In this document: in pieces, positions 41,851 through 55,752 of the stretch | Layout of the letters: every line of letters starts with the position of its first letter | How positions within the stretch are numbered: position 1 is the stretch's first letter | From: Paramecium tetraurelia | Lineage: Eukaryota | DNA: 64,000 bases | Reading direction: 5' to 3' | Assembly (NCBI GenBank): GCA_000165425.1 | Contig: CT868658.1 | Coordinates: 186,001-250,000, forward strand | Notes under the pieces: model-generated | What the model saw: the letters and a program-made list of their open reading frames with translations, nothing else | The model's database searches: none | What the model was told of the DNA's origin: nothing | Made by a program: the position numbers and the translations under genes

Positions 41851-44800
41851 TCAATTTTAAGCTTTTTTTTATAGAATGGAATTTAATTTGTCTGCAATTT
41901 TTGAATCGAGCATTAAGTTTTGTTTAAGTTGTTACAAATCTATGGCTTAATTTGGTTAATCTATAATGTCATCTTACTAGTCTATTTCACTATAATCATA
42001 TTTCTCAATTGCATGATTTAACTAATCTTCAAATTGCTAGAATTCTGGATCTTCCATTTCAGTCTATTTCTTTGAAGGTCTTGTAGTTGATTGCAGATCT
42101 AAATCTTCAACTATCTGGACATTATCTGTAAAAATAACACCTTCAGCTGATCGTTTAATCCATGGTGCTTCTGGTTTGTTTTCAACTACGGTTGGCTAAA
42201 ATTGTATATAATTTCATTTATACACTAATTGTCTCAAGTAGTTTATCATCGAATTTGGTAGTCATTTCTGGAATCTCTACTGTGGGCAAACAAAAAGATA
42301 ATCTTAATTATAGATTTTGCTTATATTTCTTCAAAGGTAACTTAACCATAGGATAGATCGAGCATAATCTATTGTGTTAAGGGAAGATGATGAATTCAGT
42401 CAACTTTGAAAGCTCAGAATTGATTTCGCTTTTGGGGTTCTAATCTTCCTTCAATAATTAAATGAATAAGGAGAGGTGTTCTTAGATTTCTAGCTATTAA
42501 ATGTTCTCCTGTAATTGTTCTAAATAATGAAGTGCAGAATCAGTCTATCCTAATAGTAAATGGATTGCAGATCTATTGAAATAATATTCAAATAAATTGT
42601 AGGTTCTATCGCTGAATTCAAATTCTTCCAAGGGCTTGCTTTTATATTCCAACTTCTTATGTGTTTGATTCAATTGATCTAAAATATATTAATCAGAATC
42701 ATTCATAGACCCTTATTCCTTTTTCTATTACTCCTCCTTAATTTTATATGATTCTCTCATTGCCTATTGAGCACTATCATATTATTTTAAATAGAACTAA
42801 AATAAGCCCTTGTAAAATAGAATATCTGATTTCTTGAATATCCTCCCTTCTGCTCCTTTTTTTAAAATTTGATTTGCACACTGTAGAGCCTCTTAAAATA
42901 GATTCTAATCATTATTTGCAGTTGAGGTATTTTTTAATTACTAGAGGAGATTTAGATCTACAATGGCATGAATATCATTGGATTATTCTACTATTTTCTA
43001 TAAATCAAGCATCGAGCTATTTAACTCCTTTATTACGATGTATGTTTTTGCTCTGAAATATAGCACTTATAAGCTTTTTTCTGAACTGATGCTTTCAGAA
43101 TAGGATTGAATGGCATCTTCATATGCTCCTATCTAAAAAAACAAATTCCCTAGGAGAATGTCAGTTTGTGGATCAGTTTATTTACATTCTTTGTATTTTT
43201 GAGCATCGTAATAAGCACTTTTCCTATCTCCCAATGATAGAAACACTTTTGCTCTATTTAAATAAGCATCCAAAAGTTTCTCATCTAGATTTAATGCTAT
43301 TGTTAAATCATTGACAGCTGGTTCAAATGCTTCTCTACATGCTTGTATCAACCCTCTCACATAGAAATGTTTTGCTACATGATCTTCTGACTTTTCGATT
43401 GCCTTATCTAAATCAATTAGGGAATCATCTAATCTCCCTTACGCAAAAAGAACAATTCCCCTATAAAATAAGAGATTGGATTGCTCATTGATTTTGACAG
43501 CCATGTCCATGTATTTAATGGCATCATTCAAGAATTTATTCTTTTTTTCTATGTCGTCCTTTGGAATGAGATAACTATAGAATTTAACTAAAGTGGTGGC
43601 TTTATAAAAGTAAGGTTCCATTTTATTGGGCACTAACTTTTAAGCTTTTAAAAAGTATCCCTAAGATTGTTCAAATTAGTTAGCAACAGCAGCCAGAATA
43701 CCTTCAGCGATAAGTTTATTATAAATGGAGGGTTTTTCAAGGGAAGTCAATTGATTGAGATCATTAAGTGCCTTTTAATACTATGATTGACAGAAGTATC
43801 CATAGGCTCTATATTAATAGATGAGTGGTTTCAGAAAATCTGTAACCTAGTGTTTGGTAGTGAGTGTTGTAAGAGCCTCTACTCCTTCATCAAATTTACG
43901 TTTCATTAAGAATGTGACTCCGTCAGTAAAGATCTTGAATTTCTCTAAAATCTTCTCGTCTACATCTAGATAATCAGCACGACTTAATTGATAAAATGCC
44001 TCATAAAAGTCTCTTTGTTCAATTTTAATTTTAGCAATTTCATATAGAGATTTAGACACTGCTTTTTTTGAGTTGTTGTGTTTGATTGATTACTCATAAG
44101 CAAGGAAAGCTTCTTGAATTTGATCTAGAAATAAAATGATAAAATAGCTTACTTTTTTTAGTACAAATGAAACCTTTGATGTAAAGTGCCTCGGAATCAC
44201 AGTAGTCTTCTTCCAACACAGCTTTAATGTCTGAAAGAGCCAAGTCATATTCTTTTAAATCAATATATAAAAGAGTTCTTTTAATAAGGGCTTATCTGAA
44301 GGAGGAATCTTGACATTCAATAGCTTGAGTACAAGCTTAGACACTTTATTTTGGTTGGTTCATATATCTGTAGCAATCAGCTTAGCCAATATAAGAAATG
44401 GCCTTTTTTGGCTGTATTTCAACTGCACAAGTAAAATCCTTCAAAGCGCGATCAAATTATTTCATTTTCAACAAAAGTTTGCCTCTATAAATATACGCAT
44501 CAAAATATTTGTTAAATTGTTTGATTGCAAGAGTTAACTATAAATTTAAATGAATAAAAATACAGTGTTTAAAGCATCGTTTGGACAGTTTGATTTTTTA
44601 TAGGCAATGGCTAAGAGAATGTAGGCATTTCGTTTGTAGTGTGGTTGTTGTTAAATTAAGAGACTAAGATCTGCTATGGCTTCGGAGAATTCAGATTTGC
44701 TCAAATGACATAGGCCATTTAAATATCTGGCTTCTGGGTTGTTGCTGACTTAGAGAATTTCCCCGAAGAGTTTTTGTGCTTCTTCCGTTTAACCCAAGCT

Positions 44801-45397
44801 CAGAAGCTTTTTGCCTTCAATTATTTCTTAGGATTTGTCAGATGGCATTTTGTTGGCACGTGCTAATGTTTATGATTTGGATTTATACCTTCTACATCTA
44901 TGTAATCTTTGAAGGATACGTTGGACATGTTGTTAAAATGCATGCAAAATTCATCATCCTCGTTTTATATACTGTCATCTATATAATTATTTGTATGTTT
45001 CAATTACAATAACTAACAGAATGCATTTTTCTAGAGCGATTCTTTACAAAACTATTTTGCTTGATAAGTTTTTTGGCCTAATACTTGGTTGTTAAGTAAT
45101 TATGAGACTCATTTAACACTCTCTTAGAATGTTTCTATTTAATGATTGGGTGTTATTATACTTGCAGGACTGGCTAAACCATAGGTTTTGACTTAGGTCT
45201 CTAATTATTCTCTGGCAAGAGATGGAAACTCACTTGCTATGCTTTGGGAGGCAACTCTAGATAATAGACTATATTGTTTTACTTTTGACATTCTATTGAC
45301 TTTGCAATTTAAGAATCTGAGAATTTTGATCATTTTCTCTTGACTTTTGTCGAGTCTTGAATCTACTAAATGAATTACTGTCTCTTACATTTTTCAT
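41851..45397 (-). CDS. Large TPR-repeat protein
   Basis: Many TPR-like units (NLLFYRGIVLFA, DAYLNRAKVFLSLG, LYEIAKIKIEQRDFYEA). Low-complexity N-terminus. Confidence 0.85.
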
Positions 45398-45628
45398 TCT
45401 CTCTAGTGATATTATTATTATATTACTTCTAAATTTACTGTTAACTTATTAATATAATTCAAAAATATTGCATTCTGACTCATATTTTTAATATATATAA
45501 TTATATGTATATATTTTTAAACAAGATAAACAACACCCACTACTCGATGGGTTTCACTCTAAATTAATTTCTGTTTTTGTCTAATTTCTACAGAGAAGTT
45601 TTGCTTTGATTATAAAATTAATTAAAAA

Positions 45629-47324
45629 ATGGGATGCGGTTCAACCAAGCCAGGGGATGTAAATAATCCTCAATAAAGTAATATCTTAAATCCATATATG
45701 AGTCAATGACAAATCTCAATTGCGTGTGACATCTCTCAATTTGGTAACTGAAAAGATTGGGCAGATTTCGTAAGATTATCATCTTCTGAAACCTTCCTTA
45801 GGAAAAGGTAATTATCATGGTCCATCCTCCCTAGGTGCTTACGGAGAAGTTCGAAAGGGCATTCACAAATTAACCAATCAAACCAGAGCTGTGAAAATTA
45901 TCTCAAAAGAAAAGGCCAAAAAGGCTGACATAGAACGTCTAAAGGAAGAAGTTGATATCCTCAAAAGATTGGTATGTTTAGTTGTCTCATATAAGGATCA
46001 TGCCAATATTATAAAGATCTATGAATTTTATCAGGATAATAAAAACATGTATATAGTTACAGAACTATGCACTGGAGGAGAGCTCTTTGATAAGATCTAA
46101 GAATCCAGTTCGTTTTCAGAACGAAAAGCAGCAGAAACCATGAAACAAATCTTGAGTGCTGTCAATTACTTGCATAAAAGCAAAATAGTTCATCGGTATG
46201 TATTTGGTTGCAATTATTTCTAAAAGTGATATAAAACCAGAAAATATCCTATATGAATCTTCTAAGCCAAACGCCTTACTCAAAATAGTCGATTTTGGGA
46301 CATCTCGCTTTTATGATCCAGACGTAAAAATGGATTAAAAACTTGGAACTGTAAATCTATACCTAATCTAGCCATACTACATTGCACCTGAAGTATTGGA
46401 AAGGAAATATGATGAAAAATGTGACATTTGGTCTTGTGGAGTTATTCTCTATATTCTACTCTCTGGAACAGCTCCTTTTAATGGTGATGACGACAATTTA
46501 ATAATGGAGGCTGTGAAAAGAGGATTCTACTCATTCGACACTGAAGAATGGAGACTGATTTCAGTCGAAGCCAAAAGATTGATATCAAAAATGCTTGAGA
46601 GGGATCCCAAAAAAAGGATATCTGCTGAATAGGCCTTATAAGATGATTGGATTACAACTTACGTGAAGAAACCAGAAATAGACCTACCTTAATTGACTAG
46701 AGTGTTAAATAACATGAAAAATTTTAATGTTGAAAAGAAGTTCTAAGAAGCTGCTCTTACATTTATGGTCAATTATTTAGCAACTAGTTAAGAAAAGTAG
46801 GAATTATTGACATAATTTTAAGCATTAGATTTAAATGGAGATGGCAGACTAAGTAGGGAAGAACTAGTTATAGGTACTTCTTGCATCATATATTTCAATA
46901 GGTTATTCCAAAGTTATGAGTTATACTGATGCTGAAATTGAGGTTGATAAATTAATGAAGCAAATTGATTAAGATGGCAATGGTAGCATTGATTATTCTG
47001 GTAATTTATGGTTGTTTCTATGTATTTAGAATTTGTTTTGGCTACTTTTAATAAAGTAAAATTGATTGAGGATAAAAGGTTGGAGTAAGCCTTCAAATTG
47101 TTTGATAAGGATGGAAGTGGTACCATATCTATTGATGAAATCAAACAGATATTTGGACAAAATTCTTAGGTCTCAGAAAAAGTCTGGAAGGATCTAATAT
47201 AAGAAGTTGATTAAAATGGAGATGGATAAGTAAATTGTGTTTTAATTAGATCGAATTTAAAGAATTCAAAGAAATCATTGTCAAATCTATTTAAAATACT
47301 AATGATATTGATGACAAGAAATGA
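45629..47324 (+). CDS. CDPK: Calcium-dependent protein kinase (kinase + 4 EF-hands)
   Basis: MGCG start, GKGAYGEV, HRDIKPEN, DFG, YYIAPEV. EF-hands DLNGDG, DQDGNG, DKDGSG, DQNGDG. Many 20-30 nt introns. Confidence 0.96.
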
Positions 47325-47453
47325 AAAACCTTTTATATTTATTATTATTTTGCAAACAAGATTTTATTAATTATTATAAATTTTGTTATTTTTATTTAAC
47401 AAATGCAATTCAATTTTAGAACTTATTTATAAAATAATAATTAAACGTGTATA

Positions 47454-50400
47454 TCATATTTTTTTATATTCTGCATTTTTCTCATCAAATTTAGTTTTCC
47501 ATCTGTTAAAGTAGCTATCATTAGCTTCATTGATTGGATATTCCCCAAAAGACAGTACTTCATTTAGTAAATCCTATTATTCCATCTATTTTACAAATTG
47601 AATGGCTTTGAGGGTTTCAGCGTATTTACCTTGAATATTAAAATGATAATACTTAATTCCTTCGTCAAATTCATTTCAATATTATATGAATCCTTAATAA
47701 AATTGATCTTTCTATGGACCTCTCTCAATTGCAAATATTACAATTCTGCACAGAAACCGTAAATTATGTTTTGAATAAACATTTATAATAATTCATCTCT
47801 ATTGGCTATTATAATAATTAGGATAATTTTACTTGGATAAACACATAATTATTAGAGTCCGTTGTATTAAATTTGGAAATCATAATTGCTTAAAAGCCAT
47901 TGATGCATTTTGATCAAATTATTAATGTATTCGGACTAGGAAAGATTTGCAAATGCATCAAAATTGAATTGAATGAAATTCTGAATGTTGTTACCAAAAC
48001 TATTCCACACATTATCTTCCAATTAGAAATTGCGATCCACTTCAAAAATGTTCATCGAAGCTGCAATACCCTGAATGCTGAAACGACAGAATCTTAAATA
48101 TTCGATCAAACAGATGTATTAAAATAAGGATATATTATCTACGTCTCTCTTGAGATTAAACCTTTAGCCACCTCCTTATGTTGATTTTCCATCGAAATTG
48201 GATGTTTAATCTCTTTGGATTGTTCTGTGAGGAGAGAAAGTTTAATTTTATCTCATCATCTAAGCAGATTATACAATTGAAAAATAATCAGAACTTTTAA
48301 TTGATTCGGCTTTGGCAAACAATTGGTTAAGTTTGGTTTCAAGTAAAGTGTAGGGTTTGAAACTCTGGAAAAATTACTTTAGTTTTTTATGATATCCTAA
48401 TTGCTGACTGTATTATCCCATAAAGGTGTAGATAATCTTGTCTAATTGTCTTTTGAATTGCAATCTCATGTTTTTGCATAAGATCAATTCAAGCATGAAT
48501 TAAGTGATTTGAGACAATTCAAAAAAGAGCATGTAACTCTACTAATAAGTTTGAATGTGCTTAAGTGTTAATCCAGTGACATCTGTAAATTGACGAAGAG
48601 ACTAATATTATTATGTTTGATCAATTTAAATGATTGCAGAATGCATTCTTTATTCATGAGAAGACAAGAATTCCAATATTGATCTACATTAAGTTTGATC
48701 ATAGGCTAATAATTCTCTAACCAATACAAGTACATGACACCACATCGAGTGTTTGTGATTGTATTGGCCATTCTCATTCGAATTGTAGATTTGTTCATCT
48801 GCAATAAATGTGAGTTGTTTCAAATATCTCACATCAATCTTATTTGAAATATTGAAGGTGATTATGTCTATCCAACATTGGATGATCGATTAGAAAATCT
48901 TAGAATTATTTTGGTTCTTTAATGCTTCTAGTTGTAAGTTGATAATATTATAAAAGCCTTCGTTTGGTTTATTTAACAATTCTGGATTTGCTGGGTACAC
49001 ATTTAATATGACTGATAGAATTGATGATAATTATCCTATGAGTTCTTTACAATTTGGATCATTGAAATCGATTTACAATATGAAATAATGGAAGACTTGC
49101 ACCAAATCTTAAGGCTCTTGCAATTCATTTTCTTTCACACTTTGTAATATCAGTAACACGGAATGGAAACAAGTGAACAACACTTACCTATATTTTCCTT
49201 TGTATTCATTATTGCAAACAGATTTCAATTCCAAAATTCGTTTGAAGAAGTAAAATTAATGTTAACTCATATTGTTTAGCTTTTCATATGTCATTAAGGA
49301 TGTATCTTTATTAGAAACTACACTCTTATATTTGCAAACTACTTATTGAGTATACCAACATATTTGGTTTAATACTTCTATGGCTGGTATCATCAACTCT
49401 TCATGAATTTTGATGGTATCAAGTACAAAAATGCTTTAACTTGCTTTTTGTAGGAAATATAATGCAGCATTGAATGCATATTCAGTTTCACTTAACTAAT
49501 TGTCTTCCTAACCAAATAGTTTTACTACTCCTCCTTCTATAATATCCTTCCCATGATTAGGTGAGAATATTGAATCTCCAAGCTCAATTTCTTCATATAA
49601 ATCTTTTAAATAAATGTCACTAAAAGCAGATCCTGTCAAACCAATTGAAAAGAAGAATTACACAAATTAAGATAATTAATTAAATGTTGATAAGAGTTAA
49701 GTAAACCATGATGCCATTATATTAGATTTTTATATGGCAATTGCATTTCCACCAATGTAATTGACAGTGTTGCTATCAATTTAAAAGTCTCGACCATAAC
49801 TGTAAATGTAATTGGATAAATAATTGAAAACCAAATTACTTTTAATTACAGGAGTACGTCTTAAGAATTTAGCAAATTCAATATGGTCACTGAATTGTAT
49901 CAGTATCAAATACCACTCTCTAATGAAGTTCTTTTAAAACATCGATTTGATTATTTCTGAAAATGCCTTTGTTGTTTCCTTTGATTCTTATTTCATTTCA
50001 TTTATAAGTAATTTGAATAAATACTCTAACATTACTAGTTCTTCTATTGAATCTAAAATACAATTCTCAATGACACATTATTCTATTGCTGTTCCTGTTT
50101 CTCTAGTAATATATAACTTAGCATTCTGGTTTGATAAAAATTTAATTAATTTTTCACATTTTTTATTTAAAAAAAATTAAACCTCTTTGCATAGTTTAAG
50201 CAATAATGAGGCATAAGTTGTCCTACATTCTTTTGCAAATGATTGATATCTGGATTAATTTACACACAGAACTTAATGAAAGAATACTAAAACCAACATT
50301 GGTATTCTATAATCTTATTCTAATTCATCATCATAACCAAATATATTTTGGAATAATTCTAATATGTACTTGATGCCTGAACTTAGATTTGGATTTTAGG

Positions 50401-53400
50401 ATTTGAGAATGTATTGCATAAATGATTAATTATTTTCAAGACTGATTATTAAGAACTCCAATATTTCCTATTTTTCAATTAAATAACATCTCTTATCTAG
50501 TCTATTTAGTATAGTGTGAAGACTCTAAAAGATTAAATGATGATAATGTATTCTCTTATTTAATAATTAATTCTCCTCTGTTTCTATTGTTGTTATGCTC
50601 TATTCCAAATTATAGTTCAATAATGGTTTTGACAACAAACGCAATGCACTTGTGAATATCGTACTTTGTTATGGTAAGTTCCTGTCTAAAATTTGATGAT
50701 AATTTTTGAATTTCATGTCATCATATATTTATTTGAAGTTTCTTTGTTCCATGTCTTCAAAATCAGGAGGATCTTAACAATTGCTTTAAGGGTCACTTAT
50801 TGTATTCAATAATCCCAAAATAGAATGGATAAAATTCAATTTCACTCTGTTATTAACATAACCATTAATATCTTGATGATATGTGCTGACTATCTGTTAT
50901 AAGAAATATTGTTCTTCTTGGAAAAACTAATGTAATTACTTAACTAATTGTAAATTGTTGCTAAAGGTTTCATCATAGATGGAATATAAATCAATAAGAG
51001 TGTTCCAACAATCAAGTAAATTGATCAATAATGAAGTCACATGAAATTTCAGCTTGTCAAAATTTCTGACTTGTTCATACAACTTATTTTTAATCCCAAC
51101 CATATTAATATTATTTGATAATTGCTTTTATCCAATATCTTCAAAAAAGGAGTCTGTTAAAGTAACATCTAAATTCGTCAATAAAAATTCAAGAATCAAT
51201 TAACTATTGATTTCATTCATATATTATTTGATTAGACTATGCAATTATGTTTCTTTGTATTCTTTGGTGTGATAAAACAAAAACTTCTTCAAGATCTTTT
51301 GCAATGCTAGATACATACTTGACTAATATTCAATGGTGACTTCCATCTTATCCTCCTCGAATATTTTCCACTCCTATAATTGAAATCTTAGGAAGGTTTC
51401 AAGAGTGTTTTTCACAAAAGTATGCTATGTTTATTGATAATAATGATTAGTGTTTTATTATTCAAATAATTGCAAAGGATTGTCCTACCCAAATATTGCA
51501 CTGCATAATTAAGCATAATTCAAATGAATTCTAATGACTTACTTAACCTTGAATTAATAAGATGCTTAACACTTCCTTGCTATATGGAACAGCTCAAATA
51601 ATGGATGATAAGAGAATCCTTATTATCTCTAAATTTATTATTCATTGGTAGACAATTTGTTTATTTCCTCAGCCATCTCTTTTTAAAGCATAGGATCTTC
51701 TAATATAAAATTGATAATCTATATGGCTTCTGATCCTATTGTTAATAGGTTATTGATTAGTTGAATAGCTTTCTCTTCCTCTTTATGAGTATCAATAATT
51801 AAATCTATCAATCTTGAACATTCTGATGTTACTTTAAGGATCTATCTATTGATGTTATTTGAACTGCATAATAAAGCAATTCTTTTAATGGATGTAGCTT
51901 ATTTTTTTACTTCACCCTTAATGAATTTAATTGCATGCTTAAATTTGTAAACACTCACTCCTAAATTGTCTATACCCATTGACAATGTCTTGTTTTTCAA
52001 TTTATTTTACTCATTGTAATAATCCATAGAAGCTCTATTACTTTTACCTAAGAAATCAGATGATTTATAAAGATTATTTGTCAATTTCCCTTCAGAGAAA
52101 TCCCGTATCATATTGTGTAAGCTTTGGAATTGATTGTGATCGTCTGCCAATAAATCCAGGGTCTCATTTTAATTAATCTTACGGAAGACTTTCAATTTAT
52201 TCAATCTATCAAAGATGATTTGTTCAGTTGTATCAATTTTTTTAACAAGGACATAAAACATATCCCATAAGGAAGGTAATTGTAACAGAATTGAAAATAT
52301 CTTTGATAAGAGTTCAACTTCATCATCATACTCATCTTCTTAATATTTATTCTTGTAACATCTAATCCATTGATATATACAAGTGCACGCAGAACTCCAA
52401 AAATGGCTATTTATTGAGGCATTTTCCAATACTCTAAGTACTTCTTCGAAGTATCTCAAACTAATCTCGTAATCATTTTAATTTTAGACATCTTTACCCT
52501 CCTACAAGATAATTGCAATCTAAAAGATCTTTTGAATATAATCTGGCTGTATTTACTTTATTGCTTCAACCTTGTTAATCCATAAGGGAGGAAGAGGATA
52601 TTCCTCTTCCTCAGCCTCTATTTCCTAATATAAAGGTCTGATGCATAAAGATAAAACGAAAACGAATGCTATTTTTTTGTATTCCTCCTATAGTTTTGAT
52701 GCTAAAGGACTATACTCTTAGAATACTAGATGTTCATTTTTATGGAACAATCCTAGGAATTGAGTGGTTTTCATGTTCTCTATGAGTTTCTAAACGGGTT
52801 TGACATATAATTCTTCAAATCTATCAATTTTAAAGTAGCGCTATAAAATTGTGAATATCTCAAGGATTTGTGTTTATTCTGACACGAAATGTTGTAAAGT
52901 CTAAAAGGTGTATTCTTCTGAAAAGTATTCTTGCTTTAAGTAGAAATTTAAGGCAGCAGGCACACTCAAAAATGAATTGGCCAATCCCTCAATAAGTCCT
53001 CTCTTAAACATATCATTTAAAAATTTTGAAGGTTTTCCAACATCATCGTCTTCGATTAAGTTAACAAGCATTAATTTTAATCCAGCAACCAATTATGACC
53101 TTTGTTCAGCATAATGATTAAAAAATATATGTTAGAACTTTTTAATTTCATTTTCAAAAAACTTACTTTTTTCTGGTGCTTTCTATTTTCTTTAGAATTG
53201 ATCATTCAATATCTTAACTCTTGATGCTTACAAGCTGTCTTTTAAGACGTAATAAACTTCACTTTTAATCTTGTTATCAAAACATTTGGTTCTAATTTCC
53301 TAATCAAAAGGGGTATCTGATTGAAGTTAGACCTTATTATCTGAAAATGAAAACCAATTAGATCCTTAGATCATAATCTTATATAAATTATCATCTTCTT

Positions 53401-54750
53401 TAAATAGACTCTAAATTTTAATATCATCTCTACAATTCAAAACTTCCATAATTTTATAAAAATCTCTATTTTTAGAAAGGGGTAATTATAATTTTTATTA
53501 AGGTGGGGGTTAACTTGCTGGTTACTACTGAGCTGCTGGGGGTTATTGAGATAATTGCGTAGTCTATGGAACTAATGGTTATTATTGTGTAGGTTATAAT
53601 AATGATGAAGTTTATTGTTGCGGTTATTAGACGGTTGATTACTAATTTGGTTATGTTCCAATTTAGATGATGCTTGGTGTAGTTTAAGTTGTTGTTGGTT
53701 ATTAGGTGGATGGCTGTTAGGTAGTTGGTTGTTAAGCTGGTAGTGGTTGAGCTATTGGTTAAGCAGGTGGTTATGCTGATGGTTGTGTTGGTGGTTATGC
53801 TGTTAGCTATGTGGGTTGTTATGCTGGTGGTTTTGTAGATGGTTAAGTCATCCAATTTGAGCTTGTTGTTTGCTATTATTAAGGTTGTGTCAAATTTTAT
53901 AGGCTGCTGGTTGGATTAGTAAATAAATTATTTGAAGTGCCCAATGGACTTGCCTAAGGTTGACTAGGTTAGGCTTGATTTGTGCCTAGTGTTGTTGTGC
54001 CTAAAGGATTTGAAGTGGGAGGTGCTGAGGCTGGGTTTTGGAGGTTTAAAGGAGCTGATGCCGGATTTTACGAAGCTATAAAATTATTGTTATTTAAAGA
54101 TGGCTAAGCATTATTTGGTTATAATCCAAACAATCCTCCACTTGTTGCACCTTATCCAATACTCTGAGTAGTCCCTGCTCCTAATCCAGTTGAAGTGACA
54201 TTATTAAATGCGCCTAAACCTGTGGGGTTAGTTGCTATTGGCTAGGCTGTATTTGGTTGAGTGGGTTAAGCCAATGGATTAGGATTTAGACTTGGAAACA
54301 AACCCGTAGAATTGTTATTTGCTTATGGTGGTTGACCACCCAATGGTTATTATGAAAGAGAATCTAAACCACTCAATCCTGTTTAATTTGGTTAAGGAGC
54401 TGCACCTCCAAATAGTGGTTGTTACTATTAAGGAGGTTAGGCTCCTGCTTATGTTGCTGAGAAAATATTGTTATTATTTGGAGCATTGTTTCCAAACAAA
54501 TTTCCACTCGGCTATGCACTCCCAAATATATTGAGGGATGATGGTTGAGCTCCTGATGCTGCTTACTAAGCTCCACCCATATTACTCTATTAATTAAAGA
54601 TAGCCCCTTAATTCTACGTCTATCCATTTGAATTAAAAATGGCTGCTGATGTGCTTGATGTTTAGCCAAACAGATTGCTCTATGGATTCCCAAAAATTCC
54701 TGCTTAACTGAAAAATAAACTAAAATCACTTACTTATTTTAAGAGTTCAT
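47454..54750 (-). CDS. Large nucleoporin: N-terminal FG (GLFG-type)/Pro-Gln region + long helical Nup205/Nup192-like body
   Basis: GIFG, NLFG, NIFG, PLFG and GLFG repeats, then PQ-rich repeats (53480-53900), continuous with a roughly 2000-aa helical region. The architecture matches Tetrahymena Nup308. The Nup205 identity is inferred from architecture. Confidence 0.7.
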
Positions 54751-55752
54751 TTTTAATTATTTAAATTTATGAATATAAACAAAAAAGGGAAACACTTCAT
54801 ATTTTTTTTATTGCACAAAAAGTCAACAAAAACTCATATTCTCAATAAAATGTATTCTAGAGTTTTACACCTAAATTTTGAATCACAGTTAAACAATCCT
54901 TGACCTTCAGGCATTTCCCTAAAGAATTATTTCACTAGCCATTATATCTCGACTTATACCTATATCATTTGTATTATTAAATCTCTAAGACTCTATAATC
55001 TATCTACATTATGATGATTTAAGAGATTTCAGGTTGATATATCTCAATTCAGATCATTTTCATGAAGACAGATTTGTATCTGAATGATCATTGCCAATTT
55101 TCAAATCAAGCTTTTAAAAATGTATCAAGAAATTACTGTAAATAATCCTTTGATCTTAATTAACATAAACTATAAATTATTAATAATTTAATCTGAGCAG
55201 ATCAGCAGCTTAATTATAGGATTATCTTTTCATACTTATTGCTTTGTTAATTAATAGAAGATTAGGCTAAACTGTTAACTAATTTAATATTGCATTTCAT
55301 CAATATTTTATTAAATTCAATCTCTCTAATCTATAGGTCCATCAAATTTCTAATATCATGAAATATGAAAATATTTCGAAAATAAAAAGAAAATTTCTAC
55401 TATTTCTCTTCCTACTTTTCAGCAATCTCACTTATATTTTCTACTAAGTGTTAAAAACCTGCATTCTTATGGTTTAATGGTTATCAATTGGCTAATAAAG
55501 ATAATTCTCATTAAAATTTGAACTTTAAAATCAATATTAAAATATTTGAATATTTTAATTTTCTTATTAACTTAAAGTAAAAAGATTTTCATTTATTAAT
55601 AATGAATTCTTAATATTTAATTAATAAATTAAATTAATTAAACAGATTTAATTATTTATATTAAACTCTACTCTTTAAAATTCGTTAATAAAGAGGTTTT
55701 AAATTTTTTTTATTATGAAAAAATTAAATTTTTAAACAAGATAAACAATTTT

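Noticed and set aside
53472..53855. Thr/Ile-rich 127-aa ORF in the supplied track
   Set aside because: It is an off-frame reading of the Pro/Gln repeat region of the nucleoporin.
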